A DNA stretch of 40,322 bases from Bacteroidales bacterium. Its GTDB lineage: Bacteria > Bacteroidota > Bacteroidia > Bacteroidales > B18-G4. A program made the position numbers and the translations under genes. Below, piece after piece: positions 14,659 to 23,889 of the stretch. The notes under the pieces are model-generated. The model was not told where the DNA came from and did not search any database. It saw only the letters and a list, made by a program, of their open reading frames with translations. The stretch covers positions 1-40,322 of the forward strand of contig JAGLEK010000089.1 in assembly GCA_023145125.1 (NCBI GenBank), written 5' to 3'. Positions within the stretch are counted from its first letter, which is position 1; each line of letters begins with the position of its first letter.

Positions 14659-16008
14659 ATGAATATAGTAATAGCAGGCGACGGAGAAGTAGGATTGCAC
14701 CTGGCACAGGAGCTTTCCTCCCTTGAAAATCAGAATATCACCATTGTTGATCCGCATGAAGATCTCATCAAGATGGTTGGTTCCCATACTGATCTTTTAG
14801 CGATCACAGGTGACTCGACTTCTGTGGAGGTACTACAAAATGCCAATGTCAGGAAGGCAGACCTTTTAATTTCAGTTCTTCACGATGAAAAAATTAACCT
14901 TTTAACTGCCGCACTCGGCAAACAGTTAGGGGCTAAGAAAACCATCGCAAGGATCAACAACCTGGAGTACCTGCGTCCGGAGAATGAGGAGCGTTTCAGA
15001 AATATAGGAGTCGATTCATTGATCTGCCCGGAAGATATTGTTTCCAAAGAGATCGCTGACTTGCTCAAGCAGACAGCTGCCACTGAAATCTTTGATTTCT
15101 CAGGTGGCAAGCTTTCTCTCTTCCTTATCAAACTTAAGGAGAATGCTCCGGTGGTGAATAAAACCCTGAACGATATTGTTTCCTTGTATCCACACCTTGA
15201 TTTCCGGGCCGTGGCTATACACAGGAATTCAAATACCATCATCCCGAAAGGGGATGACGAGTTCCAGGTTAATGACCTGGCATATGTGATCACGAAACCG
15301 GGGGGGATCAATGACCTGCTCAAGCTCGGCGGCAAGCAGAAGCTCGATATTAAAAATGTGATGATCGTGGGTGGTGGACGTGTGGGCCGTTCCACTGCAA
15401 GAAAACTCGAAAAATCATTTCGTGTCAAGCTCTTCGAAAAAGATAAAGATAAGAGTCTCCAACTTGCAGATAAGCTGGAACATACCCTGGTGATCAATGG
15501 TGATGCCCGCGACATACAATTGATGGAAGACGAAGATATCCGGGGCATGGATGCTTTCATAGCGGTTACTGACAGCTCTGAAACCAATATCCTCTCTTGT
15601 CTGCATGCCCGTAAATTCGGTGTAAAGCGCACCATCGCCCTGGTTGAGAATATCGATTATATTGACATCTCCCAAAATATCGGTATTGATTCCATCATCA
15701 ATAAAAAGCTTAGTACGGCCAGCTATATTGTACGGTTTACAATGCACGCGGAGGTCACTTCCATCAAATGCCTCAGCGGTATCAATGCTGAAGTGATGGA
15801 ACTGGTGGCCAATCCGCACAGTAGCGTGACAAAAAAACCTATCAAGGATCTGAACATGCCCAAGCGCGCTATCATTGGCGGGGTCATACGCGGAAATGAC
15901 AGCCATATCGCAGTGGGCGACTTCCAGATCGAAGAAGGCGACAAGGTGGTGGTGTTCAGCATGCCTGAAGCCATCAATAAGGTGGATAAACTGTTCAACA
16001 GCAAATGA
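14659..16008 (+). CDS. trkA: Trk potassium uptake system NAD-binding subunit TrkA
   Basis: 449 aa with two tandem RCK-N/RCK-C units. The Rossmann motifs are IVIAGDGEVG and MIVGGGRVG. It is coupled to trkH through an ATGA overlap. Confidence 0.9.
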   Translation: MNIVIAGDGEVGLHLAQELSSLENQNITIVDPHEDLIKMVGSHTDLLAITGDSTSVEVLQNANVRKADLLISVLHDEKINLLTAALGKQLGAKKTIARINNLEYLRPENEERFRNIGVDSLICPEDIVSKEIADLLKQTAATEIFDFSGGKLSLFLIKLKENAPVVNKTLNDIVSLYPHLDFRAVAIHRNSNTIIPKGDDEFQVNDLAYVITKPGGINDLLKLGGKQKLDIKNVMIVGGGRVGRSTARKLEKSFRVKLFEKDKDKSLQLADKLEHTLVINGDARDIQLMEDEDIRGMDAFIAVTDSSETNILSCLHARKFGVKRTIALVENIDYIDISQNIGIDSIINKKLSTASYIVRFTMHAEVTSIKCLSGINAEVMELVANPHSSVTKKPIKDLNMPKRAIIGGVIRGNDSHIAVGDFQIEEGDKVVVFSMPEAINKVDKLFNSK

Positions 16009-17468
16009 GAAACTGGAAAGGCATCAATGTCAAGGTGATCATCAAGGTGATCGGTTTCCTTCTTGTGATCGAAGGGTTTTTCATGCTCCTCGGATTACCC
16101 TTTTCCATATACTATGGTGAACATGAAAACCCGGCATTATTGTATTCGGCGCTTATCACCATGCTCACGGGTGGTATTTTGTGGTTTTCCACCAGGAATC
16201 ACCCGAAGAATATCGGGCGCAAGGAAGGTTATGTGATTGTTGCCGTTTCCTGGATCATTATCTCTCTTTTCGGCACCTTGCCATTTCTTTTCAGCGGGGC
16301 TATTCCCAACTTCACAGATGCTTTTTTCGAAACCATGTCGGGATTTACCACGACAGGGGCCACCATCCTTACTGACATAGAGTCAATACCTAAAAGCATA
16401 TTGTTTTGGAGGAGTATGACGCATTGGATCGGTGGCATGGGTATTATCGTATTTACCGTTGCAGTACTCCCAATCCTTGGCATTGGCGGCATGCAGCTTT
16501 ATGCAGCAGAGATGCCGGGGGTTACCAAGGACAAGATTCATCCAAGGATCACAGCTACAGCTAAGCGTCTCTGGGCCATTTACCTGATCTTTACAGTGGT
16601 TGAGGCTGTACTACTGCTGCTTGGCGGCATGAGCCTGTTCGATGCACTTTGCCATACTTTCGGTACCGTTGCAACCGGGGGATTTTCAACCCATTCGCAA
16701 AGCGTTGCCGCTTTTTCCCCTTACATCCAGTACGTGATCATTGTTTTCATGATCCTGGCAGGGACTAACTTTACCCTGCATTACTTTGCCCTGCACGGAC
16801 AGCTTCGCAGGGTATGGAAAAGTGAGGAGTTCCGCTATTTCATTTACCTGATCCTGGCGGGAACGGTGATCATCACCCTGGTGCTGGCACTGAGCAAGGA
16901 TGGCATGTCATTCGAAGAGGCATTCAGGACTTCCTTTTTCCAGGTGGTTTCCATTATCACCACCACCGGTTACATCACAGATAACTATATGCAATGGCCC
17001 GGGACGATCTGGTTCCTCATTGTACTGATGATGTTCATTGGAGGGATGGCCGGATCTACCGGTGGTGGTATTAAAGTGTTGCGGCAGTTGCTGCTCTTAA
17101 AAAACAGCCTTCTCGAACTCAAGCGGTTAATCCATCCTCAAGCCATTATACCGGTGAGAATGAACGGTAAAGTTGTATCTCAGGATATCATTTTCAAGGT
17201 GATGGCCTTCTTTCTGATATATATCATCATATTTATCATCGGTTCCACTGTGATGATGCTGATCGGACTGGATGCATCATCAGCAATAGGTGCTACTGCA
17301 GCAACGATTGGAAATATAGGGCCCGGCATCGGCAAGGTGGGGCCGGTCGATAATTATGCATTTATTCCATATGGCGGCAAATGGATCCTTTCCTTTCTCA
17401 TGTTGCTTGGGCGCCTTGAACTGTTTACTGTATTGATCTTATTCTCGCCTGCATTCTGGAAAAAATAG
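16005..17468 (+). CDS. trkH: Trk potassium uptake system membrane subunit TrkH
   Basis: 487 aa polytopic protein with four selectivity-filter-like repeats (GFTTTGAT, VATGGFST, ITTTGY, STGGGIKV). Confidence 0.9.
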   Translation: MRNWKGINVKVIIKVIGFLLVIEGFFMLLGLPFSIYYGEHENPALLYSALITMLTGGILWFSTRNHPKNIGRKEGYVIVAVSWIIISLFGTLPFLFSGAIPNFTDAFFETMSGFTTTGATILTDIESIPKSILFWRSMTHWIGGMGIIVFTVAVLPILGIGGMQLYAAEMPGVTKDKIHPRITATAKRLWAIYLIFTVVEAVLLLLGGMSLFDALCHTFGTVATGGFSTHSQSVAAFSPYIQYVIIVFMILAGTNFTLHYFALHGQLRRVWKSEEFRYFIYLILAGTVIITLVLALSKDGMSFEEAFRTSFFQVVSIITTTGYITDNYMQWPGTIWFLIVLMMFIGGMAGSTGGGIKVLRQLLLLKNSLLELKRLIHPQAIIPVRMNGKVVSQDIIFKVMAFFLIYIIIFIIGSTVMMLIGLDASSAIGATAATIGNIGPGIGKVGPVDNYAFIPYGGKWILSFLMLLGRLELFTVLILFSPAFWKK

Positions 17469-17474
17469 GCCGTC

Positions 17475-17491
17475 TCCCGCGGTCAGCGGGA
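17475..17491 (+). terminator. short GC hairpin after trkH
   Basis: The stem is tcccgc / gcggga (6 bp, 5-nt loop), 7 nt after the trkH stop. The downstream sequence is A/T-rich but has no clean T-run. Confidence 0.3.
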
Positions 17492-17498
17492 AATATAT

Positions 17499-17506
17499 TA
17501 TCTTTG
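17499..17506 (+). promoter_or_regulatory. -7 box TATCTTTG for the GT2-GT9-ligase cluster
   Basis: Exact match, 28 nt upstream of the ATG at 17535. Confidence 0.45.
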
Positions 17507-17534
17507 GATTCGATCGATATAGAAAAACCTACAA

Positions 17535-18299
17535 ATGCCTAAGCTTTCAGCTGTAATCATCACTCAGAACGAAGAACGGAATATCGGCCGCTGTATAGAT
17601 TCCCTGAAGGGGGTCACCGACGATATCGTGGTTGTAGATTCCGGATCGACAGACAACACCGAAGCCATATGCAAGGAAAAGGGAGCCCGTTTTTTTTACA
17701 ATAAATGGGAAGGCTACATTGAGCAAAAGAATTTTGCAAATGATCTTGCCGAGAACAAGTACATCCTTTCTGTCGATGCTGATGAAGCGCTTTCCGAACA
17801 ACTCAGGGATTCCATTCTCGAAGCCAAAGGCAGCCTGAAGGCTGATGGTTACGAGATGAACCGGCTCACAAACTACTGCGGCAAATGGATCAGGCATGGT
17901 GGGTGGTACCCTGACAGGAAACTACGCTTATTCCATCGTGATAAATTTGAATGGGGGGGTGAGAAGATCCATGAAGCAATGGTTATGAAAGAGCCCAATG
18001 CCCGTATTGAGGGCTTATCGGGCGACTTGCTGCATTATTCCTACTATAATATTTCCCAGCATATTGCCCAGGCAAACCATTTTACAAATATGACAGCTGA
18101 GCTGGCTGTTGAGAAAGGTAAAAGATCCGGCATGATCAAGATCATCTTCAGCCCGGCTGTTAAATTTATAAGGGACTACATTTTTAAACTGGGCTTCCTC
18201 GATGGCTACTATGGATATATAGTTTGCCGGATCTCAGCCCAGGCCACATTCATGAAATACTCCAAGATCAGGCAAATTAGAAAGGAACAGAAAGCCTAA
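17535..18299 (+). CDS. family 2 glycosyltransferase (LPS core type)
   Basis: 254 aa with LSAVIITQNEERNI, VVVDSGSTDNT and the DxD-like SVDADE motif. Confidence 0.85.
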   Translation: MPKLSAVIITQNEERNIGRCIDSLKGVTDDIVVVDSGSTDNTEAICKEKGARFFYNKWEGYIEQKNFANDLAENKYILSVDADEALSEQLRDSILEAKGSLKADGYEMNRLTNYCGKWIRHGGWYPDRKLRLFHRDKFEWGGEKIHEAMVMKEPNARIEGLSGDLLHYSYYNISQHIAQANHFTNMTAELAVEKGKRSGMIKIIFSPAVKFIRDYIFKLGFLDGYYGYIVCRISAQATFMKYSKIRQIRKEQKA

Positions 18300-18308
18300 A
18301 CTTGCTCT

Positions 18309-19343
18309 ATGAGGGAATTTCAACGTATTATCATCAGCCGTACCGACAGCATTGGGGATGTGATCCTTACTCTTCCTGTGGCGGGCATGCTTAAAAATAA
18401 GTTCCCGGGGGTTGAAATTATCTTTCTCGGCAGATCCTATACTAAAGCAGTAATAAACGCATGTGAGCATATCGACCGCTTTATGAACTGGGATGAGATA
18501 AGCAATATGAGTGATGACGATGCTGCAGAGGCATTCAGGGCTGAAAAAGCTGATATGATCATCCATGTATTCCCCCGGAAAGAAATTGCAAGACTTGCTA
18601 GAAAAGCAAAGATTCCCATACGGCTTGGTACTACCAACAGGTTATATCACTGGGGTACATGCAACAAGCTCGTAAGATTATCCCGCAAACGTTCGGAACT
18701 GCATGAAGCCCAACTGAACCTGAAACTGATAGAAGGGATCTCAGGAAAAGGCACAATCACCCTGGAGCAGGTCTGTGATCTGTACGGACTTAACAAAACC
18801 GAAGCCCTGGATAATAAATTCATTCAGTTGATCGACAAAAACAGATTCAACCTCATTCTTCATCCAAAATCCAAAGGAAGTGCCAGGGAATGGGGGGTTG
18901 AGAATTTTAGAAAACTGATCGCGATCCTTCCCGACGATCAATTTAAGATTTTTATCAGCGGTACTGCAGAAGAAGGCACATTGTTGAAAGATACAGGCAT
19001 ATTTGAGTCAGGAAAAGCCATAAACCTCACAGGGCAGATGTCGCTCGCGCAACTGATGAGCTTCATAGAGGCCTGCGACGGCCTGGTCGCGGCCAGCACG
19101 GGGCCCTTACACATTGCAGCCGCACTGGGAAAAACGGCCATAGGAATTTATCCCCCCATCAGACCGATGCATCCCGGAAGATGGGCACCGGTAGGAAAAC
19201 AAGCAAAATTCGCTGTTATAGAAAAAGAGTGCTCCGATTGCCGCAATAATGGAATGTGTCATTGCATGCAGGAGGTCAGCCCTGAGGTAATTAAAAACCT
19301 GATCCCCCATGGGCATGAGCAAAACAATATCCCGGAAATATAG
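18309..19343 (+). CDS. family 9 glycosyltransferase (heptosyltransferase-like)
   Basis: 344 aa with an N-terminal RIIISRTDSIGDVILTLP block and a C-terminal GLVAASTGPLHIAAALG block, both typical of GT9. Confidence 0.8.
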   Translation: MREFQRIIISRTDSIGDVILTLPVAGMLKNKFPGVEIIFLGRSYTKAVINACEHIDRFMNWDEISNMSDDDAAEAFRAEKADMIIHVFPRKEIARLARKAKIPIRLGTTNRLYHWGTCNKLVRLSRKRSELHEAQLNLKLIEGISGKGTITLEQVCDLYGLNKTEALDNKFIQLIDKNRFNLILHPKSKGSAREWGVENFRKLIAILPDDQFKIFISGTAEEGTLLKDTGIFESGKAINLTGQMSLAQLMSFIEACDGLVAASTGPLHIAAALGKTAIGIYPPIRPMHPGRWAPVGKQAKFAVIEKECSDCRNNGMCHCMQEVSPEVIKNLIPHGHEQNNIPEI

Positions 19344-19394
19344 TCAGAGTATGACTTTAATTATATAATATTGATCATTAAAAGCTGATACTTT

Positions 19395-21074
19395 TTGAGA
19401 GCCCAAGGCAAACATATAAAAATCAGTAGCATATTAACCCACCTGTATTTCTGGGCCCTGGTGCTAATGATCATCTCCATCCCCCTCTCAAGATTCATGA
19501 TGAGTGTTGCTCAGTTTACCTTGTCAGGCATTATGATCCTTGAGTTCATGTCATTGGAGAATGTAAGGAAATTTATAGGCCGCTATCCCTTTTATATCCT
19601 TATCTTCATTATTATTCCCGCTGCTATTTATTGGACCTATGAAAGCCTTGTACAGATTTTTAAAAAGTTCTTGAGGAAGGAAAATCTACCCGCAATAGTA
19701 TTTCTATCGTTATTTATTTTACACCTTATAGGCCTTTTGTTTACCGTCGACTTTGATTATGCCTTGAAAGACCTTCGTGTTAAACTGCCTTTATTCGTAC
19801 TTCCGATAGTTCTTACGGTGTCGAAGCCGTTGAACCGCAGACAATTCCATAGCCTGATGTTGTTTTTTGTCGGGGCTGTTCTTGCCGGCACTCTTATCAG
19901 CACATATATCCTGTTTACACAGGATATTAACAACCTTCGGGAAATATCCATATTTATTTCTCATATTCGTTTCAGCCTTCTGATCGGCATAGCCATATTT
20001 ACCCTTGCCTATTTTGCTACCGGGCAAGCCGGGTATGGCAGGTTGCTGCGAATGCTGTTCCTGGTGCTGATAGCATGGTTTTGCTTATACATGGTGGTAT
20101 CAGCCTCAATAACCGGAATAGTGGTGCTCTTTATTGCACTTTTCGTGATAGCAGTGCATTATACCCTGAAAAAAAGAAACTTATACTCACGCATGGCAAC
20201 AGTGATATTGCTTCTTGCCCCTGTTATAATTATGGTGTTTATCATGGGCATTGTAACCGATGTCTACAAAATGAATAAGGTTGATTTTTCCGGTCTTGAT
20301 AAGCAAACTGAACAAGGAACACTTTACTGGCATGACACCACCAACCTGCAAACAGAAAATGGCCATTTTGTATGGATATATGTTGCGACTGATGAACTCA
20401 GGGAAGCCTGGAACCGGAGAAGTGAATATGATTTCGACGGCCTTGACAGTAAGGAGCAGATATTAAAATACACGCTGATCAGATTTATGAGTTCCAAGGG
20501 CTTAAGAAAAGATGCAGCCGGAGTGGAAGAACTTACTGATTCAGATATTTCTTTGGTTGAGTGTGGAGAAGCCAGCATACATTATCATGAACGATCGGTT
20601 TTTTATATAAGGCTTTATAAGATCATCTGGGAAGCCCAGCAATATTTGCGAACCGGTGATCCCAGCGGCCATTCTGCCATGCAGCGGGTTGAGTACTGGA
20701 AAACATCATCACTTATCATTGGCCAACACCTGCTGTTTGGCGTGGGAACCGGCGATATGAATATTGCTTTCGAAAGGCAATATGAACTCATGAACAGCCC
20801 ACTGAAGCCTGAATTCCGATGGCGATCACATAACCAATTCCTTTCCATTACAGTTGGTTTTGGCTTCATAGGCATTATCTGGTTTATGATCGCCCTCATC
20901 TATCCGCCTGTAAAAACCAGGCGGTTTACAGATTATTTCTATTTGTCTTTCTTCGTGATTATGATGGTTTCAATGGTCTCGGAGGATACTATTGAAACCC
21001 AGGCCGGAGTAACCATCTTTGCATTTTTTACCTCTCTGTTCTTGTTCGGAAAAAAGGATAAAACTTCAATCTAA
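19395..21074 (+). CDS. O-antigen ligase/polymerase family membrane protein
   Basis: 559 aa with about 10 hydrophobic helices, a large soluble insert and a Wzy_C-like block (RWRSHNQFLSITVGFGFIG). The ORF as listed starts at TTG. An in-frame ATG at 19467 is an alternative start. Confidence 0.7.
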   Translation: MRAQGKHIKISSILTHLYFWALVLMIISIPLSRFMMSVAQFTLSGIMILEFMSLENVRKFIGRYPFYILIFIIIPAAIYWTYESLVQIFKKFLRKENLPAIVFLSLFILHLIGLLFTVDFDYALKDLRVKLPLFVLPIVLTVSKPLNRRQFHSLMLFFVGAVLAGTLISTYILFTQDINNLREISIFISHIRFSLLIGIAIFTLAYFATGQAGYGRLLRMLFLVLIAWFCLYMVVSASITGIVVLFIALFVIAVHYTLKKRNLYSRMATVILLLAPVIIMVFIMGIVTDVYKMNKVDFSGLDKQTEQGTLYWHDTTNLQTENGHFVWIYVATDELREAWNRRSEYDFDGLDSKEQILKYTLIRFMSSKGLRKDAAGVEELTDSDISLVECGEASIHYHERSVFYIRLYKIIWEAQQYLRTGDPSGHSAMQRVEYWKTSSLIIGQHLLFGVGTGDMNIAFERQYELMNSPLKPEFRWRSHNQFLSITVGFGFIGIIWFMIALIYPPVKTRRFTDYFYLSFFVIMMVSMVSEDTIETQAGVTIFAFFTSLFLFGKKDKTSI

Positions 21075-21080
21075 CTGAAT

Positions 21081-22052
21081 ATGAGCGAACATGGAAATAG
21101 TGGAAATAAAAAGTGGCTGGTCGTAGTTAACCCTAATGCGGGAACACGCAAAGGTAAAAAGGACTGGCCAAAGATACAGGAGCTGCTATCCAAACATGAT
21201 TTCAACTGCCACACTGTATTTACCAAAAACAGGAACCATGCCATAGCCCTTACCAGTTCTGCCATTGAGGAAGGTTACCGGGACATTATTGTGGTGGGAG
21301 GAGATGGCACACTGAATGAGGTCGTAAACGGGGTTTTCAGGCAAAATGTTTGTGCCCCTGCAGATGTTGCCATTGGCATGATCCCGGTAGGCACCGGCAA
21401 CGACTGGGGCAGGATGTACGGACTTCCGAAAAAGTACAAGAAAGCGATCAAGGTTATCAGGAAGAATTACCACTTTACCCAGGATGCAGGCTTTGTCTCA
21501 TATCATGATGAGGAAGGATCGCATGAACGCTACTTCATCAATGTCAGCGGAATGGGATATGATGCCCTTGTTGCACTCAAGACCAACCGCATGAAAGACA
21601 AGGGAAGGGGTGGAACCATGGCTTATATTCTGAACATATTCACCGGGCTTTACCAATATGAAAACATTCATTTTGATATCAGCGTCGACGGAAAAGATGT
21701 TTTCAGCGGAAAGGTATTAAGCATGAACCTCGGGATATGCAAGTATAATGGCGGAGGATTGATGCAGGTACCCAATGCCATCCCTGACGATGGCCTGCTG
21801 GATGTTACAGTGATCAAGGCCATATCAAAATTTAAGATCATTAAGAATGTGACAAAACTTTATGATGGCTCCATTGCAAAACTGAAATTCGTAAACACGT
21901 ACCGTGGTGCAACATGCAGGATCGTTTCCAGGCCACAGGGATCGGTATACCTTGAAGCAGACGGAGAATCCCTCGGGCATTCACCCCTCGAATTCTCTGT
22001 AATCCCTAAAGCATTGAAATTTATTATCCCGGAACCGGAAACTACTGAATAA
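21081..22052 (+). CDS. diacylglycerol kinase-family lipid kinase (YegS/BmrU type)
   Basis: 323 aa with the VVGGDGTLNEV nucleotide-binding motif, a PVGTGNDW block and a C-terminal EADGE block. Confidence 0.85.
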   Translation: MSEHGNSGNKKWLVVVNPNAGTRKGKKDWPKIQELLSKHDFNCHTVFTKNRNHAIALTSSAIEEGYRDIIVVGGDGTLNEVVNGVFRQNVCAPADVAIGMIPVGTGNDWGRMYGLPKKYKKAIKVIRKNYHFTQDAGFVSYHDEEGSHERYFINVSGMGYDALVALKTNRMKDKGRGGTMAYILNIFTGLYQYENIHFDISVDGKDVFSGKVLSMNLGICKYNGGGLMQVPNAIPDDGLLDVTVIKAISKFKIIKNVTKLYDGSIAKLKFVNTYRGATCRIVSRPQGSVYLEADGESLGHSPLEFSVIPKALKFIIPEPETTE

Positions 22053-22080
22053 TCAAGATTTATTAATTAATTAATTCACA

Positions 22081-22283
22081 ATGGAATTTCCTGAGATCAA
22101 TTATTGGACAGCACTGGTATCTGCACTGGCAGTATTTGGTACTCCCTTGTATTGTTTGCCAATGCCTGGATGAAAGAACCGGGTTTCACCAGGGAAGGAA
22201 TGGCCAAAGGGAGCATGCTGAAGATCTTTGGCATTTCATTTTTGCTGATGCTGATCATGGCGTTCAACCTGGCAATAAAGCCA
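22081..22283 (+). pseudogene. frameshifted and 3'-truncated DUF1761-family membrane protein remnant
   Basis: The frame starting at the 22081 ATG gives MEFPEINYWTALVSALAVF... and stops at 22171. The adjacent frame continues with GSIWYSLVLFANAWMKEPGFTREGMAKGSMLKIFGISFLLMLIMAFNLA, which is the DUF1761 N-terminal half as I recall it. Similarity ends where ispG (opposite strand) ends at 22284, so the C-terminal half is missing. Confidence 0.55.
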
Positions 22284-23678
22284 TTACGATCTATCCGGCA
22301 GTGTTTTATCAATCAGATCCAGCAACTCCTTAAGGGCATCCTTTTCAGGAATGTCCTTTATTATGACTTTCCCTTCATAGTAGAGAGTAACTTTCCCTTT
22401 TCCCGCACCAACATAGCCATAATCGGCATCAGCCATTTCTCCGGGGCCATTTACAATACAACCCATCACTGCAATCTTTACATTCTTCAATCCCCGGGTA
22501 TGCTGCTTAACCTCTTTCAGTACAGTCTGAATATCAAAAGTGGTCCTGCCACAGGTCGGACATGAGATATATTCTGTATCGGTGATCAGTACCCCGGTAG
22601 CCTGCAGTATATTGAGTACCAGCTTAGGATAGAGTCTGCCGGAATCACCCGAAATGTGATAATTGTTTCCCTGCGCTTTCAGGATAAGAGAAGACATTTC
22701 TGCGGCTGCAATTATTGCCATTTCCTCATAGTCATGATCAGGATATGTTAGTTTTATCAAGTCCGGGACCCTGACCTTTCCTTCTGAAGTCCATGGCATC
22801 GAAGGTTTTTTCAATCTCCTTATATCAGCATAATGATCCCTTAACTTCTGTGCCACCGGTATCTCTGCCACCGGGTCTTCAGTGAGAGAAACCCTGATGG
22901 TATCACCAATGCCCATTGCCAGTAAAGGGCCAATACCTGCCGCTGACCGGATCCTGCCATCCTCCCCTTCCCCTGCTTCGGTCACACCAAGGTGAACCGG
23001 ATAATCCATTCCCTTCAGTTTCATTTCTGTTACAATATCCAGGTTTGCCCTGACCATGGTGGGCACGTAACTGGATTTCATGGAAACAACGAGGTTGTGA
23101 AAATTATTATCCCGGCATATTTCCAGAAACTCCATCGCAGAGGCAACCATCCCTTTAGCCGTATTTCCGTGCTGAAACATTATCCTTTCCGATAAAGAGC
23201 CATGATTTACCCCCACACGGATGATTGTGCCATGTTCACGGCAGATATCAGTGAGGCGGGTGATCCCTTCCCTTATATCTCCCGGGGCAAAATCATGCTG
23301 ATGTTCTCTTTCTTTTGCCAGAAAAAATTGTCTGTCGAGATAATTCCCCGGATTGATCCTGATCTTGTGCACGATGCATGCCGCTTCCTCAGCTACTCTG
23401 GGATTAAAGTGGATATCGGCAACAAGGGGGATGTCAAAACCCTTATTCTCCAATGAAGCACGGATCACGCCCAGGTTCCCCGCTTCCCGCACATTCCTGG
23501 CTGTAATACGGACAATCTCACAACCGGCTTCATATAGTTCAATTACCTGCCTGGCTGTTGCATCAGCATCCATGGTGTTTGTATTGGTCATGGATTGTAT
23601 CCTGACAGGCTCAGTTCCACCAAGCGAAAGCTTGCCTATTTGCAATACCCTGGAAATATATGGATCAAGATCAGTCAT
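22284..23678 (-). CDS. ispG: 4-hydroxy-3-methylbut-2-enyl diphosphate synthase (flavodoxin)
   Basis: 464 aa. The TIM-barrel half has VRIQSMTNT, ADIHF, RINPGN, VNHGSL and HLGVTEAG. The Fe-S half has CPTCGRT and GCIVNGPGE. An extra segment of roughly 70-100 aa separates the two halves. Confidence 0.9.
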   Translation of the reverse strand: MTDLDPYISRVLQIGKLSLGGTEPVRIQSMTNTNTMDADATARQVIELYEAGCEIVRITARNVREAGNLGVIRASLENKGFDIPLVADIHFNPRVAEEAACIVHKIRINPGNYLDRQFFLAKEREHQHDFAPGDIREGITRLTDICREHGTIIRVGVNHGSLSERIMFQHGNTAKGMVASAMEFLEICRDNNFHNLVVSMKSSYVPTMVRANLDIVTEMKLKGMDYPVHLGVTEAGEGEDGRIRSAAGIGPLLAMGIGDTIRVSLTEDPVAEIPVAQKLRDHYADIRRLKKPSMPWTSEGKVRVPDLIKLTYPDHDYEEMAIIAAAEMSSLILKAQGNNYHISGDSGRLYPKLVLNILQATGVLITDTEYISCPTCGRTTFDIQTVLKEVKQHTRGLKNVKIAVMGCIVNGPGEMADADYGYVGAGKGKVTLYYEGKVIIKDIPEKDALKELLDLIDKTLPDRS

Positions 23679-23704
23679 AAGGTTTTTCTTAAGCCCGGAG
23701 CATG

Positions 23705-23712
23705 CAAATTTA
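23705..23712 (-). promoter_or_regulatory. -7 box TAAATTTG (minus strand) for ispG
   Basis: The reverse complement of caaattta matches the consensus, 26 nt upstream of the ispG ATG. It sits in the loop of an imperfect hairpin ccggagcat...atgttccgg. Confidence 0.45.
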
Positions 23713-23811
23713 AATTATGTTCCGGACAACCATTTTGTAAAATTACTATTCTTACAATAAATAAAGGAAATAATAGTTAATCATAGTACCGTAAAAATTA
23801 GCTGAAAAGGC

Positions 23812-23819
23812 TATTTTTG
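23812..23819 (+). promoter_or_regulatory. -7 box TATTTTTG for the PorZ-like gene
   Basis: Exact match, 70 nt upstream of the ATG at 23890. Confidence 0.4.
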
Positions 23820-23889
23820 ACAAACAATCAGCCATACGGGATTCTTCTAATAAGATCCATGGCCAGCTTTTAAGAAATAAATTCTGCTG

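Noticed and set aside
22104-22565. 153-aa plus-strand ORF.
   Set aside because: Only its first ~60 codons resemble a DUF1761 protein. The rest is antisense to ispG. It is reinterpreted as a pseudogene remnant.
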